Assembly (NCBI GenBank): GCA_964412955.1
Contig: CAYPQV010000008.1
Span: forward strand, 47,309-111,308
Source: an uncultured Hyphomicrobiales bacterium
GTDB lineage: Bacteria; Pseudomonadota; Alphaproteobacteria; Rhodospirillales; 2-12-FULL-67-15
Reading direction: 5' to 3'
DNA length: 64,000 nt
The notes beneath the pieces are model-generated. The model was not told the origin of the DNA. It did not search any database and was given only the letters and a program-made list of their open reading frames with translations. The position numbers were made by a program, and so were the translations under genes. This document shows, in pieces, positions 27,244 through 37,001 of the stretch. Positions within the stretch are counted from its first letter, which is position 1; each line of letters opens with the position of its first letter.

Positions 27244-28178
27244 TCTCCGTCCTCAACGTCGTTCTGCCGGTATTCGCCGTCATCCTCGCCGGCTACGGCG
27301 CCGGGCGCATGGGCTGGCTCGGCGAGGCCAGCTCCGAGGCCCTCAACCGCTTCGTCTACTATTGCGCGCTCCCCGCTCTGTTCTTCGGGTCTCTCGCCCG
27401 CATCGAACCGGCGCGAATTTTCGATCCATCGTTCCTCGCCGCCTACACCGGCGGGCAACTCGCGATCTTCGCCGTCGCGTTCGCCGTCGCCCGCCTCCTT
27501 TTCAAAAACCCGCCGGCCGAGGCCAGCCTGTTCGCCATGGGCGGCATCTTCGCCAACAGCGGCTACATGGGAGTTCCGCTCGCGCTGGTCGCCTTCGGCG
27601 CGGACGGCCTGCCGCCGACCATCGTTTCGACCGTGTTCATGACCATGATCTTCATCGCGCTCGTGACGATCCTGATCGAGACCGACCCCTACCGCCGGGC
27701 GGACGGCGCCCGGATCGTCCGCGACGCGTCGCGCGCCGTTTTTCAAAGCCCGCTGGTGATGTCCGCCTTGGTCGGCATGCTGTGGTCGTTGACCGGCGTC
27801 GGCCTGCCCCAATCGGTCGCGACGTTCTTCGATCTGCTCGGCGCCGCCGCGGGCCCGTGCGCGCTGTTCGCCATCGGCCTCTTTCTGGTCGGAAAGCCGA
27901 TCCGTCAGGACTTGGGCGAGGTCGGCGCGATGGTCGCGATCAAGCTCGTCGTCCATCCGCTGGTCACCTGGGTGCTCGCCTTCCATGTCTTTGCGGTCGA
28001 GACGACATGGGCGATGGTCGCCGTGGTCATGGCGGCGTTGCCGGCCGGCGCCAATTGTTTCGTCGTCGCCCAGCGCTACGGCGTCTACGTGCAGCGGGCC
28101 TCGAGCGGAATATTACTATCCACCGCCGTGTCCGTGGTGACGGTGTCGATCCTGTTTTCGCTCTGGATCGCGAACTGA
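27240..28178 (+). CDS. AEC-family (auxin efflux carrier-type) transporter
   Basis: GTG start overlaps the upstream stop (GTGA). 312 aa, ~10 TM helices. N-terminus VL.V.LPVF..I..GY..GR typical of the AEC/membrane transport family. Confidence 0.75.
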   Translation: MISVLNVVLPVFAVILAGYGAGRMGWLGEASSEALNRFVYYCALPALFFGSLARIEPARIFDPSFLAAYTGGQLAIFAVAFAVARLLFKNPPAEASLFAMGGIFANSGYMGVPLALVAFGADGLPPTIVSTVFMTMIFIALVTILIETDPYRRADGARIVRDASRAVFQSPLVMSALVGMLWSLTGVGLPQSVATFFDLLGAAAGPCALFAIGLFLVGKPIRQDLGEVGAMVAIKLVVHPLVTWVLAFHVFAVETTWAMVAVVMAALPAGANCFVVAQRYGVYVQRASSGILLSTAVSVVTVSILFSLWIAN

Positions 28179-28200
28179 ATCGCCGTGTTCCGACGAAAAA

Positions 28201-28225
28201 CCCCCGCGTGGGTTCCACGCGGGGG
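28201..28225 (-). terminator. Hairpin terminator between convergent AEC transporter and mlaA genes
   Basis: CCCCCGCGTGG-gtt-CCACGCGGGGG. An A-run on the plus-strand 5' side gives a U-tract for the minus-strand (mlaA) transcript. Confidence 0.65.
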
Positions 28226-28242
28226 GCTGTTAAACACGGCTG

Positions 28243-28998
28243 TTATCGGCGCCGGGTTTCGGCGATCGCGTCCTTTTCGTCCAGATCGATGTCGGGAAAC
28301 GCCGTCGCCGGACCCTGGCCGTTGTTGACCAGGAAGCGGCGGTGCTGTTCGTAGGCGTCCCGCTCGACCGCGTAGCGATCGAGCGACCCTTCGGTCGCGG
28401 CCTCGATGGCGTCTTTCTTGTCGGCGTAGCCGACGCCCGCGTCCGCGGCCTTGAGCGCGAGCGGCGCCGGATTGGCCAACCCGACCAGGATATCGCCGGT
28501 GGCGTCGCGCAGGTTGCTCGGCCCGAAGATCGGCAACACGATGTGCGGCCCCGGCGCAACGCCGTTCGCGCCCATGGCCTGGCCCAAGTCCTCGCGCCGT
28601 TGCTTGAGCCCGGCGTCGGTCGCCGGATCGCCGATGCCGCCGACGCCGGCGAAGGTGTTGATGAAAAACCGCTGGGTCGCGACCGAGGCGTTGTCGGTAT
28701 CGCCCTGGAGCAGGCTCGACCCCGCGGTGAGCGGTTCGCTCAGGTTGGAAAAGACGTTGGAGATCGCCTTCTGCATGTCGGTCGGCGTCACCGCCCGATA
28801 GCCCTCGACCAGCGGATCGAGGATTCCCTTGCGCAGGACGGCGTTGAATTCGGAGGTCACCCGGTTGACGGATTCGAGCGGGTCGTCGGACGCGGCCGGA
28901 TCGCTCGCGAACGCCGAGGCGCCGGTCAGCACGCCGCAACCAAATACCGTCGTAGCCAGGATCGCGGCGCGCCGGAGGCGCCGGGTTGGAACACGCAT
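28243..28998 (-). CDS. mlaA: MlaA/VacJ family outer-membrane lipoprotein
   Basis: 251 aa. Lipobox-like ...TVFGCG. DPLE..NR..F.FN and ...NTF.G.GG..D... MlaA motifs. Confidence 0.85.
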   Translation of the reverse strand: MRVPTRRLRRAAILATTVFGCGVLTGASAFASDPAASDDPLESVNRVTSEFNAVLRKGILDPLVEGYRAVTPTDMQKAISNVFSNLSEPLTAGSSLLQGDTDNASVATQRFFINTFAGVGGIGDPATDAGLKQRREDLGQAMGANGVAPGPHIVLPIFGPSNLRDATGDILVGLANPAPLALKAADAGVGYADKKDAIEAATEGSLDRYAVERDAYEQHRRFLVNNGQGPATAFPDIDLDEKDAIAETRRR

Positions 28999-29146
28999 GA
29001 CGGAATTCTCCCTGTCCGTTCCAATTCGATGGCTGGAAGACTAGCAAATCGCGGCGGCACCGGATACGGGGCTGCGCGCCCGGCAACCCATTGTAAGTCC
29101 TGCAAAATAAATCCGGGGGCTATCCCGCCGCGCCCGGCCGGGCGGT

Positions 29147-30004
29147 CTATTTCACCGCGCCGACGGTAAACCCCGCCACGAACCGATCGACGAAGAAATT
29201 GTAGAGCACCGCGATCGGCAGGCTCGCGATCAAGGCCGCCGCCATCATCGACCCCCAGAAATACACGTCGCCGCGCACCAGGAAGGTCGGCACGCCGACG
29301 CTGACGGTGTAGTTCGACGAGGTCGTGATGAAGGTGACACCGTAGACGAATTCCTGCGTCACCAGGGTGAACGTGAAGATGATGACCGTAAAGACCCCGG
29401 CGACCGAAATCGGAATCACGACGCGGATGAAGGCGCCGAAACGGCTCAGACCATCGATCATGGCCGCGTCCTCGAGGTCGCGCGGGATTGCCTTGAAGAA
29501 TCCCATCAACAGCCAGGTACAGAAGGGGATCGTGAAGCTGGGATAGACCAGGACCAAGGACCAGAGCGAATTCTGCAATCCGAGATCGGCGATGATGCGC
29601 GCGAACGGGATAAACAGGATGGTCGGCGGAACGAGATAAGTGAGGAAGATGCCGATGGCGAGCGTCTGGCTCCAGCGCCCCGTCGCCCGCGCCAGGCTGT
29701 AACCCGCCGGAAGCGCGAAAGCGAGGGTGATGATCACGACCAGCACGCCGACCCAGGCGGTGTTGATCAGCCATTGGACAAAGGCCGTGTCCTCGAACAG
29801 CACCCGGACGTGGTGCCATGTTGGCGGGTCGTTAAAGATGAACGGATTGTTCTTGATGTCGTGAAGGTCCTGGGTCGTCTTGAAGGTGGTGATCAGCATC
29901 CAATAGAAGGGAAACGCGAGAAACGTGACGAACGTCGCGAGCACGCCGAAATGGCCGATCACGCCGGCGGCGCGCTGCGCCCGATACAACCCGGCGGACA
30001 TCAC
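29147..30004 (-). CDS. Carbohydrate ABC transporter permease (MalG/UgpE-like)
   Basis: 285 aa, 6 TM helices. EAA loop ...DLEDAAMIDGLSRFGAFIRVVIP. Confidence 0.85.
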   Translation of the reverse strand: MMSAGLYRAQRAAGVIGHFGVLATFVTFLAFPFYWMLITTFKTTQDLHDIKNNPFIFNDPPTWHHVRVLFEDTAFVQWLINTAWVGVLVVIITLAFALPAGYSLARATGRWSQTLAIGIFLTYLVPPTILFIPFARIIADLGLQNSLWSLVLVYPSFTIPFCTWLLMGFFKAIPRDLEDAAMIDGLSRFGAFIRVVIPISVAGVFTVIIFTFTLVTQEFVYGVTFITTSSNYTVSVGVPTFLVRGDVYFWGSMMAAALIASLPIAVLYNFFVDRFVAGFTVGAVK

Positions 30005-30924
30005 GTCACCTCCGCCCGACGCGCCATGCGCAGGAACGCGATGGCAATGGCGACCAGGACCGGAAACAGGAAGAGCGAGATAGCCGCGCCTTCGGACAGA
30101 TCGCTGCCCTGAATGCCGGTAAAGAACGCCAGGCTCGCCAGCACCTGGGTGGTGTCATAGGGCCCGCCGCGGGTCAGGACGAAAATCACGATCATGTCGG
30201 TGAAGGTGAACACGGTGCCGAACAGCAGCGCGACCAGCATGATCGGCATCACCAGAGGAATGGTGACCGTGAACAGCTTGCGCCAGAAGCCGGCGCCATC
30301 CACGTCAGCCGCGTCGTGAATGTCGTGGGGGATCGAGCTCAGGCCGGCGAGGATAATGACCGTCGCCAAGGGCAGCATGCGCCAGACGTGAACCGCGATG
30401 ATCGAGCCCATCGCCAGGTCCGGTTGCCCGAGCCAGATCGGCCATTGATGGGGGCCGAGCAAGCCGGCCCAGCGCAGCGTCCAGTTGATGATGCTGTAGA
30501 TCGAATCGAATATCCACAGCCAGCCGATGCTGCCCATGGAAATCGGCGCTACCCACGGCAACAGGATGAGAAACCGCACCACCCACTTGCCGCGAAAGTC
30601 CTTGACCAGCGCCATGGCGAGAATCTTGGCCAGTACCAGGACCAGGAGCTGCGAGATGACGGTGAAGATGAAGGTGTTCTTGAGCGCGGTCCAGAAGGCC
30701 CGGCTCTCCATGATGTGCTTGTAGTTATCGAAGCCGACGAAATTCATCTTCGTCGTGCCGATGTGAATGTCGGTCACGCTGTAAAACAGGGAGAGAAAGA
30801 AGGGATAGCCGACCAACGCCGCGATATAGACGATCGTCGGCGCGATCATCAGGCGCATCAGCCAGCGCTCGTCGTCGGCAAGTCGGGTCCAGAAACCGGG
30901 GCGGGCGGTCGCGACGGCGGGCAT
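30001..30924 (-). CDS. Carbohydrate ABC transporter permease (MalF/UgpA-like)
   Basis: 307 aa. EAA loop ...IHDAADVDGAGFWRKLFTVTIP. Overlaps the downstream permease gene by 4 nt. Confidence 0.85.
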   Translation of the reverse strand: MPAVATARPGFWTRLADDERWLMRLMIAPTIVYIAALVGYPFFLSLFYSVTDIHIGTTKMNFVGFDNYKHIMESRAFWTALKNTFIFTVISQLLVLVLAKILAMALVKDFRGKWVVRFLILLPWVAPISMGSIGWLWIFDSIYSIINWTLRWAGLLGPHQWPIWLGQPDLAMGSIIAVHVWRMLPLATVIILAGLSSIPHDIHDAADVDGAGFWRKLFTVTIPLVMPIMLVALLFGTVFTFTDMIVIFVLTRGGPYDTTQVLASLAFFTGIQGSDLSEGAAISLFLFPVLVAIAIAFLRMARRAEVT

Positions 30925-30931
30925 GGGCGGT

Positions 30932-31951
<1,020 letters not shown>

Positions 31952-32187
31952 GATTCGTCCTCGTTAAATCGTGCCGGGAGGGGATAAAGCCAGCCCCCCG
32001 CAAACGGACGGGAAGGTTCCGGCTGGCCGAAACCTTCCCGCCACTTGGTGCGCCGTCGCGGACCGAAAGGCAAGGCACCCGGCTGCCCGGCGGCGCGGGC
32101 CGCCCAGACAAAAGACCGAGCGCGAACGATGCCGCCGGGCCTTTTAGTTTTGGCGCCTCCGCGCCCGGCGGCGGCCGGGCCGGGAAC

Positions 32188-33534
32188 TCAGAGCATGCCT
32201 CGCTCTTTCCACTTGTCCCAAATGCGCTTCATCTTGGCCTCGGCGCGTTTGAGAGCGGACTCGGGTGATTCGGCGCCGGTCGCGGCTTCCGCGAACATAG
32301 TGTTCAACACCCAGGTGTTGAACGTTTCGTCGATCGCGGCGTTGGAATAGCCGGGGTAGCCCACGTTGGTCGCCCAGTCGAGCACGTCCTCCAGCACCTT
32401 GTACTTGTCGGGCGGATCCGCCTTGGGATCCTTGGAAATCTGCTCCTTCAAGTTGGGCACCGACTTGGAGAAGCAGGGGAAATTGTAGAATTCGCTTTCC
32501 TGGAACGCCTTGTTGAAGTCACTCATGTAGTCGATCAGGAACTTCTTGGCGCCCTCGACGTTGGGCGAGAATTTCCAGATGATGTAGCAGTTCATCACGT
32601 GCTCGAGGCCGATCCGACGCACCGGCCCCTTCGCCGACCGGGCGAGCCCGATCTTGGAGTGGATCGGCAGCTTGTCGTTTTCGCCGGTGCGCGTCACCGA
32701 AATGGCGTTGAGCACGAGCGAGGAGCGGCCCGCCAGCATCTGGCGGTTGTTGGAGGAAGCATCCCACGCCAGGACTTCCGGCGTCATCGCCTCCTGGAAC
32801 AGTGCCTTGACGTATTTCAGCGCCTCGATCGTTTCCTTCGAGTTGATCGTCAGGTTACCGGCGGGGTCTTGTTCGCTGGCGCCAAAGGAATACATGATCG
32901 CGCGCATGGCCATGCCGGTGTCGATTTCAGCCGACAGGCCGATGCCGACCGGAATGCCGGTCTTGTCCTTGATCTTCTTGCCGCCGATCCGGACGTCGTC
33001 ATAGCTGTCCGGCTTCATGCCGATCTCGCCCCAAAGGTCGGTGCGGTAGTTGACCGGATCGGGCACGAAGCTGTCGGAGAACGCGAAGTACTTCTTGGTC
33101 TTCGGGTTGTAGGTGCTCTTGACGGCGAGGTCGATCGGCTTGCCCCACTTCTTCTCGACCTCCTTGTAAACGTCCGCCATGTCCACCACCTGATCCTCGA
33201 ACGACGGCGGCGGCCAGTTGAGCAGCACGAGATCGTGTCCCTTTTGCGCCGAAACTTCGGCGGCGGCGCGGCTGTTGAGAAGCGCGATGTTGATGTTGTC
33301 GACGGTGACCTTGGTGTCGTTCTTCTTGCCCCATTCGACCACGTAGTTGGTGTTGAACCATTTGTCGTAGCGGGGAACGAAGTGGCTCCAATGCAGGATC
33401 TTCAGTTCCTTGGCGGCCTGGGCCGGCCGCACATGGAAAAACGGCCCCGCGGCCGCCGCGAGGCCCGTAGCACCCGCCGCGCGCATGATCTGGCGGCGCG
33501 TGAGCATACTTTTACCGCGTGTTGGCTTGGTCAT
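32188..33534 (-). CDS. ABC transporter extracellular solute-binding protein (family 1), Tat-type signal
   Basis: 448 aa. RRQIMRAAGATGLAAAAGPF...AQA twin-arginine-like leader. Adjacent to the ABC ATPase and permease genes. Confidence 0.8.
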   Translation of the reverse strand: MTKPTRGKSMLTRRQIMRAAGATGLAAAAGPFFHVRPAQAAKELKILHWSHFVPRYDKWFNTNYVVEWGKKNDTKVTVDNINIALLNSRAAAEVSAQKGHDLVLLNWPPPSFEDQVVDMADVYKEVEKKWGKPIDLAVKSTYNPKTKKYFAFSDSFVPDPVNYRTDLWGEIGMKPDSYDDVRIGGKKIKDKTGIPVGIGLSAEIDTGMAMRAIMYSFGASEQDPAGNLTINSKETIEALKYVKALFQEAMTPEVLAWDASSNNRQMLAGRSSLVLNAISVTRTGENDKLPIHSKIGLARSAKGPVRRIGLEHVMNCYIIWKFSPNVEGAKKFLIDYMSDFNKAFQESEFYNFPCFSKSVPNLKEQISKDPKADPPDKYKVLEDVLDWATNVGYPGYSNAAIDETFNTWVLNTMFAEAATGAESPESALKRAEAKMKRIWDKWKERGML

Positions 33535-33656
33535 GGACTCCTCCCGTCCTGTGGCCCGGTCTTAAAGTCCGCCGGGTTGATACGCGGATATTACCTCCCG
33601 GCCATTCCGCAAAACAATCGCGGATGAATCTTCGTTTTAACTCCGAGCCTTAGAGT

Positions 33657-34724
33657 TCAGTCATTATCCCCGGCGATCGCCCGGCAGACGGCGTCCGTCA
33701 CCTCGCGGGTGGTCGCCCGCCCGCCGAGATCGGGGGGCAGCATCTTGCCTTCGCCGGTGGTGCGCTCGATCGCGCGCATCAGGCGCGCCGCCGCGTCTTT
33801 TTCCCCGAGGTGATCGAGCATCATCGCCGCGGTCCAGAACGATCCGAGCGGATTGGCGATGCCCCGGCCCGCGATGTCGAAGGCCGAGCCGTGAATCGGC
33901 TCGAACATGGACGGGAACCTGCCCTCGGGGTTGAGGTTCGCGGTCGGCGCGATGCCGAGGCTGCCCGAGAGCGCGGCGGCGAGGTCGCTCAACACGTCGG
34001 CGTGCAGGTTGGTCGCCACCACCACGTCGATCGTCTCCGGCTTCAGCACCATGCGCGTGGTCATGGCGTCGACCAGCATCTTGTCGACCGCCACGTCGGG
34101 ATAATCGCCCTTAAGCCCCGCGAGCACGTCGTCCCACAGCACCATGCCGTGGCGCTGCGCGTTCGACTTGGTGACCACGGTCAGGCGCTTGCGCGGGCGG
34201 GATCGGGCGAGCGCGAAGGCAAAGCGCATGATCCGCTCGACGCCCGCGCGGGTGAACACCGCCACGTCGAGGCCGACTTCCTCGGGCAGGCCGCGATGCA
34301 CGCGCCCGCCCGCGCCCGAATATTCGCCCTCGGTGTTCTCGCGCACGATGATCCAGTCGAGGTCCGAGGGCTTCGCCGCCCGCAACGGCCCCGGAATGCC
34401 GGGCAGAAGCCGCGCGGGGCGGACGTTGGCGTACTGGTCGAACCCCTGGCAAATGGCGAGGCGCAACCCCCACAAGGTGACGTGGTCGGGCAGCTCCGGA
34501 TCGCCGACCGCGCCGAAATAGATCGCGTCCGCGCCTTTCAGCAGATCGAGCCCGTTTTCGGGCATCATCCGGCCGTGGCGGCGGTAGTAATCGGAACCCC
34601 AGGGCAGATGCTCGATCGCGAGGCGAAAACCGCCGCCGCGCTTCTCCAGGGCGCGCAGGACCTCGATCCCGGCGCCGATCACTTCGGTTCCGATGCCGTC
34701 TCCGGGTATGGCGGCGATCCGGTA
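33657..34724 (-). CDS. Tartrate dehydrogenase/decarboxylase (isocitrate/isopropylmalate dehydrogenase family)
   Basis: ATG at 34724 (MREYRIAAIPGDGIG.EV...), 355 aa. ...RENTEGEYS... and ...NL.GDILSD... motifs. The 200-codon extension in the track is Arg/Gly-rich and non-homologous. Confidence 0.8.
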   Translation of the reverse strand, partial: YRIAAIPGDGIGTEVIGAGIEVLRALEKRGGGFRLAIEHLPWGSDYYRRHGRMMPENGLDLLKGADAIYFGAVGDPELPDHVTLWGLRLAICQGFDQYANVRPARLLPGIPGPLRAAKPSDLDWIIVRENTEGEYSGAGGRVHRGLPEEVGLDVAVFTRAGVERIMRFAFALARSRPRKRLTVVTKSNAQRHGMVLWDDVLAGLKGDYPDVAVDKMLVDAMTTRMVLKPETIDVVVATNLHADVLSDLAAALSGSLGIAPTANLNPEGRFPSMFEPIHGSAFDIAGRGIANPLGSFWTAAMMLDHLGEKDAAARLMRAIERTTGEGKMLPPDLGGRATTREVTDAVCRAIAGDND

Positions 34725-34841
34725 TTCGCGCATATAATATTCCCCCCGTTCCGAGCCGGAACGGATTGCACGCTCGCGCACCGCCGAACGCGTTGCGCGA
34801 CAGACAACTGCCAGAAACGGCAAGCTTAGGCAACGGGCCCC

Positions 34842-35327
34842 ATGGGCCAACATACGGGCCAACAGACGGTTTCGCACCGGGACGTTCGCGCGCGCAAAGG
34901 CGCGCTCGCGGCGCACGCCCCGGCAAAGGGCGGCATCCATGACCCCGCCTGGCGCGCCTTTGCCGCCTGGTGCCGCCGGCTTGCGCTCTGCCCCTTGCCC
35001 GCGCACCCGTGGACGGTGGGGGCTTTTCTGCGCTGGTGCGACGAACGGCCGGGCGCGGTGGCCGTGGCCGAAGCGGTCGGCGTGATCGCCACCGTGCACG
35101 TCCGGCGCGGCTATGGTCGCCCCGAGCGCCACCTCATCGTCCGGCGCACGCTCGCCGCGCTGGCGCGGCAGCACGGCGTCGCGTCCATGCCGACCCTTCC
35201 GCGACGGCCCGAAAGTCCCGCCCGCACCGCCAAAACCGGCTCGCGCAAACCGGTCCCGCCGCGCGCGCCCCGAATTCTTCGTTCCCAACCCAAGCTCGTC
35301 GCGCGGCGCCATTACCGCGTGCATTGA
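34842..35327 (+). CDS. Hypothetical protein carrying only a tyrosine-recombinase N-terminal (SAM-like/core-binding) type segment; possible integrase remnant
   Basis: Strong GC3 bias in this frame. AWRAFAAWCRR..L.PLPAHPWTVGAFLRWC....(~15 aa)....HVRRGYGRPERHLIVRRTL resembles the W..F..WC...G..PLPA.P.TV..YL integrase N-domain pattern. The rest is a Pro/Arg-rich tail with no catalytic R..HxxR..Y domain. Confidence 0.4.
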   Translation: MGQHTGQQTVSHRDVRARKGALAAHAPAKGGIHDPAWRAFAAWCRRLALCPLPAHPWTVGAFLRWCDERPGAVAVAEAVGVIATVHVRRGYGRPERHLIVRRTLAALARQHGVASMPTLPRRPESPARTAKTGSRKPVPPRAPRILRSQPKLVARRHYRVH

Positions 35328-35330
35328 CGG

Positions 35331-36353
35331 TCAACGGATGTCGACGGCATGCGCGAAGCGCGCTTCCTCGACGGCACGGCCGTCCTTTCCGCGCAGCAAG
35401 ACCGCCTCGGAGCGGTAGGTTCCGGCCGGCCATGCCGCGGTTTTCCGCCGTAACCCGACGTACACGAACCGCCGCGCCTGGGTCTTTTCGACGGCGACGG
35501 TATTGTCCGCCAACACCTCGCCCGCCGGGCCGAACAGGCGGACGCGGATGCGGTCTCCCGCCTGAACCCAATAGATGTCCGCCCAGGCGACCAGCGCGGG
35601 CGCGGAGGCGCGCAGGGTCGTTTCCCGGTGCAGGCCGCGGCGCGTGGCCGCCGCGTCGGGGGCTTCGCCCGCGATGCCGCCGTTGTAGATGGCGCTCGGC
35701 CGATAGGGTCCGAGCGCCGCGAGGGCGCCCCGGCTCCAAAGCGGCTTGGCCCCCAGCCCGCACGCCGCGCCCCCCGGCTCGACGCCGCGGAACGGATCGA
35801 CGATCCGGCCGTCCTTCGCCACCTGGATGTGCACGTGGGGAAATTCGGCCAGGCCCGATTGGCCGACCATGCCGACGGCGTCGCCCACGGCGACCCGGTC
35901 GCCGGGCCGGACCGCCACGCTGTCCCGGCGCAGATGGCAGTATTGAGTTGTCCAGCCCTGGCCGTGATCGATGACGAGGCCGTTGCCGCATTCGCGCCCG
36001 GCAATGTCGTTCCCGGCGGCGCCGCCCGCTTCGGCCGCGTCCGCCATGCCGTCGCGCACGCGCAGCACCACGCCCGCGGCGGCGGCGCGCACCGGCACGC
36101 CGCGCGCGACCAGGGAAAAATCCCGCACCGCGATATCGACGCCCTTGTGGCCGTCGTAGCCCGCCCGGCCGCACGCGTAATCGCGCACCCCCGGACCGGC
36201 GTCGAGGTCGACGTAATTGACCACCCAGCAGTCGGCGCCCGGGCGGCAGGCGAGCGGCAATTCCAGCGCCGGCTCGGCCGCCGCCTCGGCGACCGCCAGA
36301 ACCAGGCCGAAAACCAGGACCCCGATCCGAAGCCAGCGTTTCCGCAATTTCAT
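35331..36353 (-). CDS. Secreted M23-family metallopeptidase
   Basis: Signal peptide. HKGVD (HxxxD) and PHVHIQV (HxH) zinc motifs. Extra ~150-aa C-terminal domain. Confidence 0.8.
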   Translation of the reverse strand: MKLRKRWLRIGVLVFGLVLAVAEAAAEPALELPLACRPGADCWVVNYVDLDAGPGVRDYACGRAGYDGHKGVDIAVRDFSLVARGVPVRAAAAGVVLRVRDGMADAAEAGGAAGNDIAGRECGNGLVIDHGQGWTTQYCHLRRDSVAVRPGDRVAVGDAVGMVGQSGLAEFPHVHIQVAKDGRIVDPFRGVEPGGAACGLGAKPLWSRGALAALGPYRPSAIYNGGIAGEAPDAAATRRGLHRETTLRASAPALVAWADIYWVQAGDRIRVRLFGPAGEVLADNTVAVEKTQARRFVYVGLRRKTAAWPAGTYRSEAVLLRGKDGRAVEEARFAHAVDIR

Positions 36354-36461
36354 CGGCTTTTACCCGTCACCATGGGGGGCCGCCCCCGATTGCCGGAAGG
36401 GCGGGCGCGTGACATGAATAGTACGCGACCCGCCGCCCCGCCCTTAGCCGAGGATTTTCCC

Positions 36462-36926
36462 ATGAATCAGACACCCGAGACCACCGCGAACGATCGCGAC
36501 CTTCTGCACGGGTACTACTTCGAGGACCTGAAGGAAGGCATGAGCGATATCTACGGCAAGACCGTGACCGACGCCGACATCGTGATGTTCGCGGGCGTTT
36601 CCGGCGACATCAATCCGGTGCACCTCAACCACGAGTTCGCCTCGGGAACCATGTTCCAGGGCCGGATCGCCCACGGCATGCTGACCGCGAGCTTCATCTC
36701 GACCGTGATCGGCACCAAGCTGCCGGGGCCGGGCTGCATCTACGTCAGCCAGGCGCTGCGCTTCAAGGCGCCGGTCAAGGCCGGCGACACGGTCATCGCC
36801 CGGGCGACGGTGACCAAGCTGATCCCCGAAAAACACTTCGCCGAAATCAAGACCCAGTGCCTGGTCAAGGGCAAGGTGGTGCTGGACGGCGAAGCGACCG
36901 TGATGGTCCCGACCCGCACGAAATAG
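36462..36926 (+). CDS. MaoC-family (R)-specific enoyl-CoA hydratase / dehydratase
   Basis: 154 aa. ...F...SGD.NP.H.......S.F...IAHGML... hotdog hydratase 2 motif. Confidence 0.85.
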   Translation: MNQTPETTANDRDLLHGYYFEDLKEGMSDIYGKTVTDADIVMFAGVSGDINPVHLNHEFASGTMFQGRIAHGMLTASFISTVIGTKLPGPGCIYVSQALRFKAPVKAGDTVIARATVTKLIPEKHFAEIKTQCLVKGKVVLDGEATVMVPTRTK

Positions 36927-37001
36927 AGCCCCCAAGCGCCTTGAATCGGCTCAAGTTTCACCCTTGACCCGATCCCGGGCCGGGGGCACCTTCGCCCCCC
37001 C

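Noticed and set aside
36927-37001. FMN riboswitch or T-box leader ahead of ribF/ileS
   Set aside because: The 75-bp region is too short and lacks the conserved FMN-aptamer or T-box sequence elements. ribF is not normally riboswitch-controlled in Proteobacteria.
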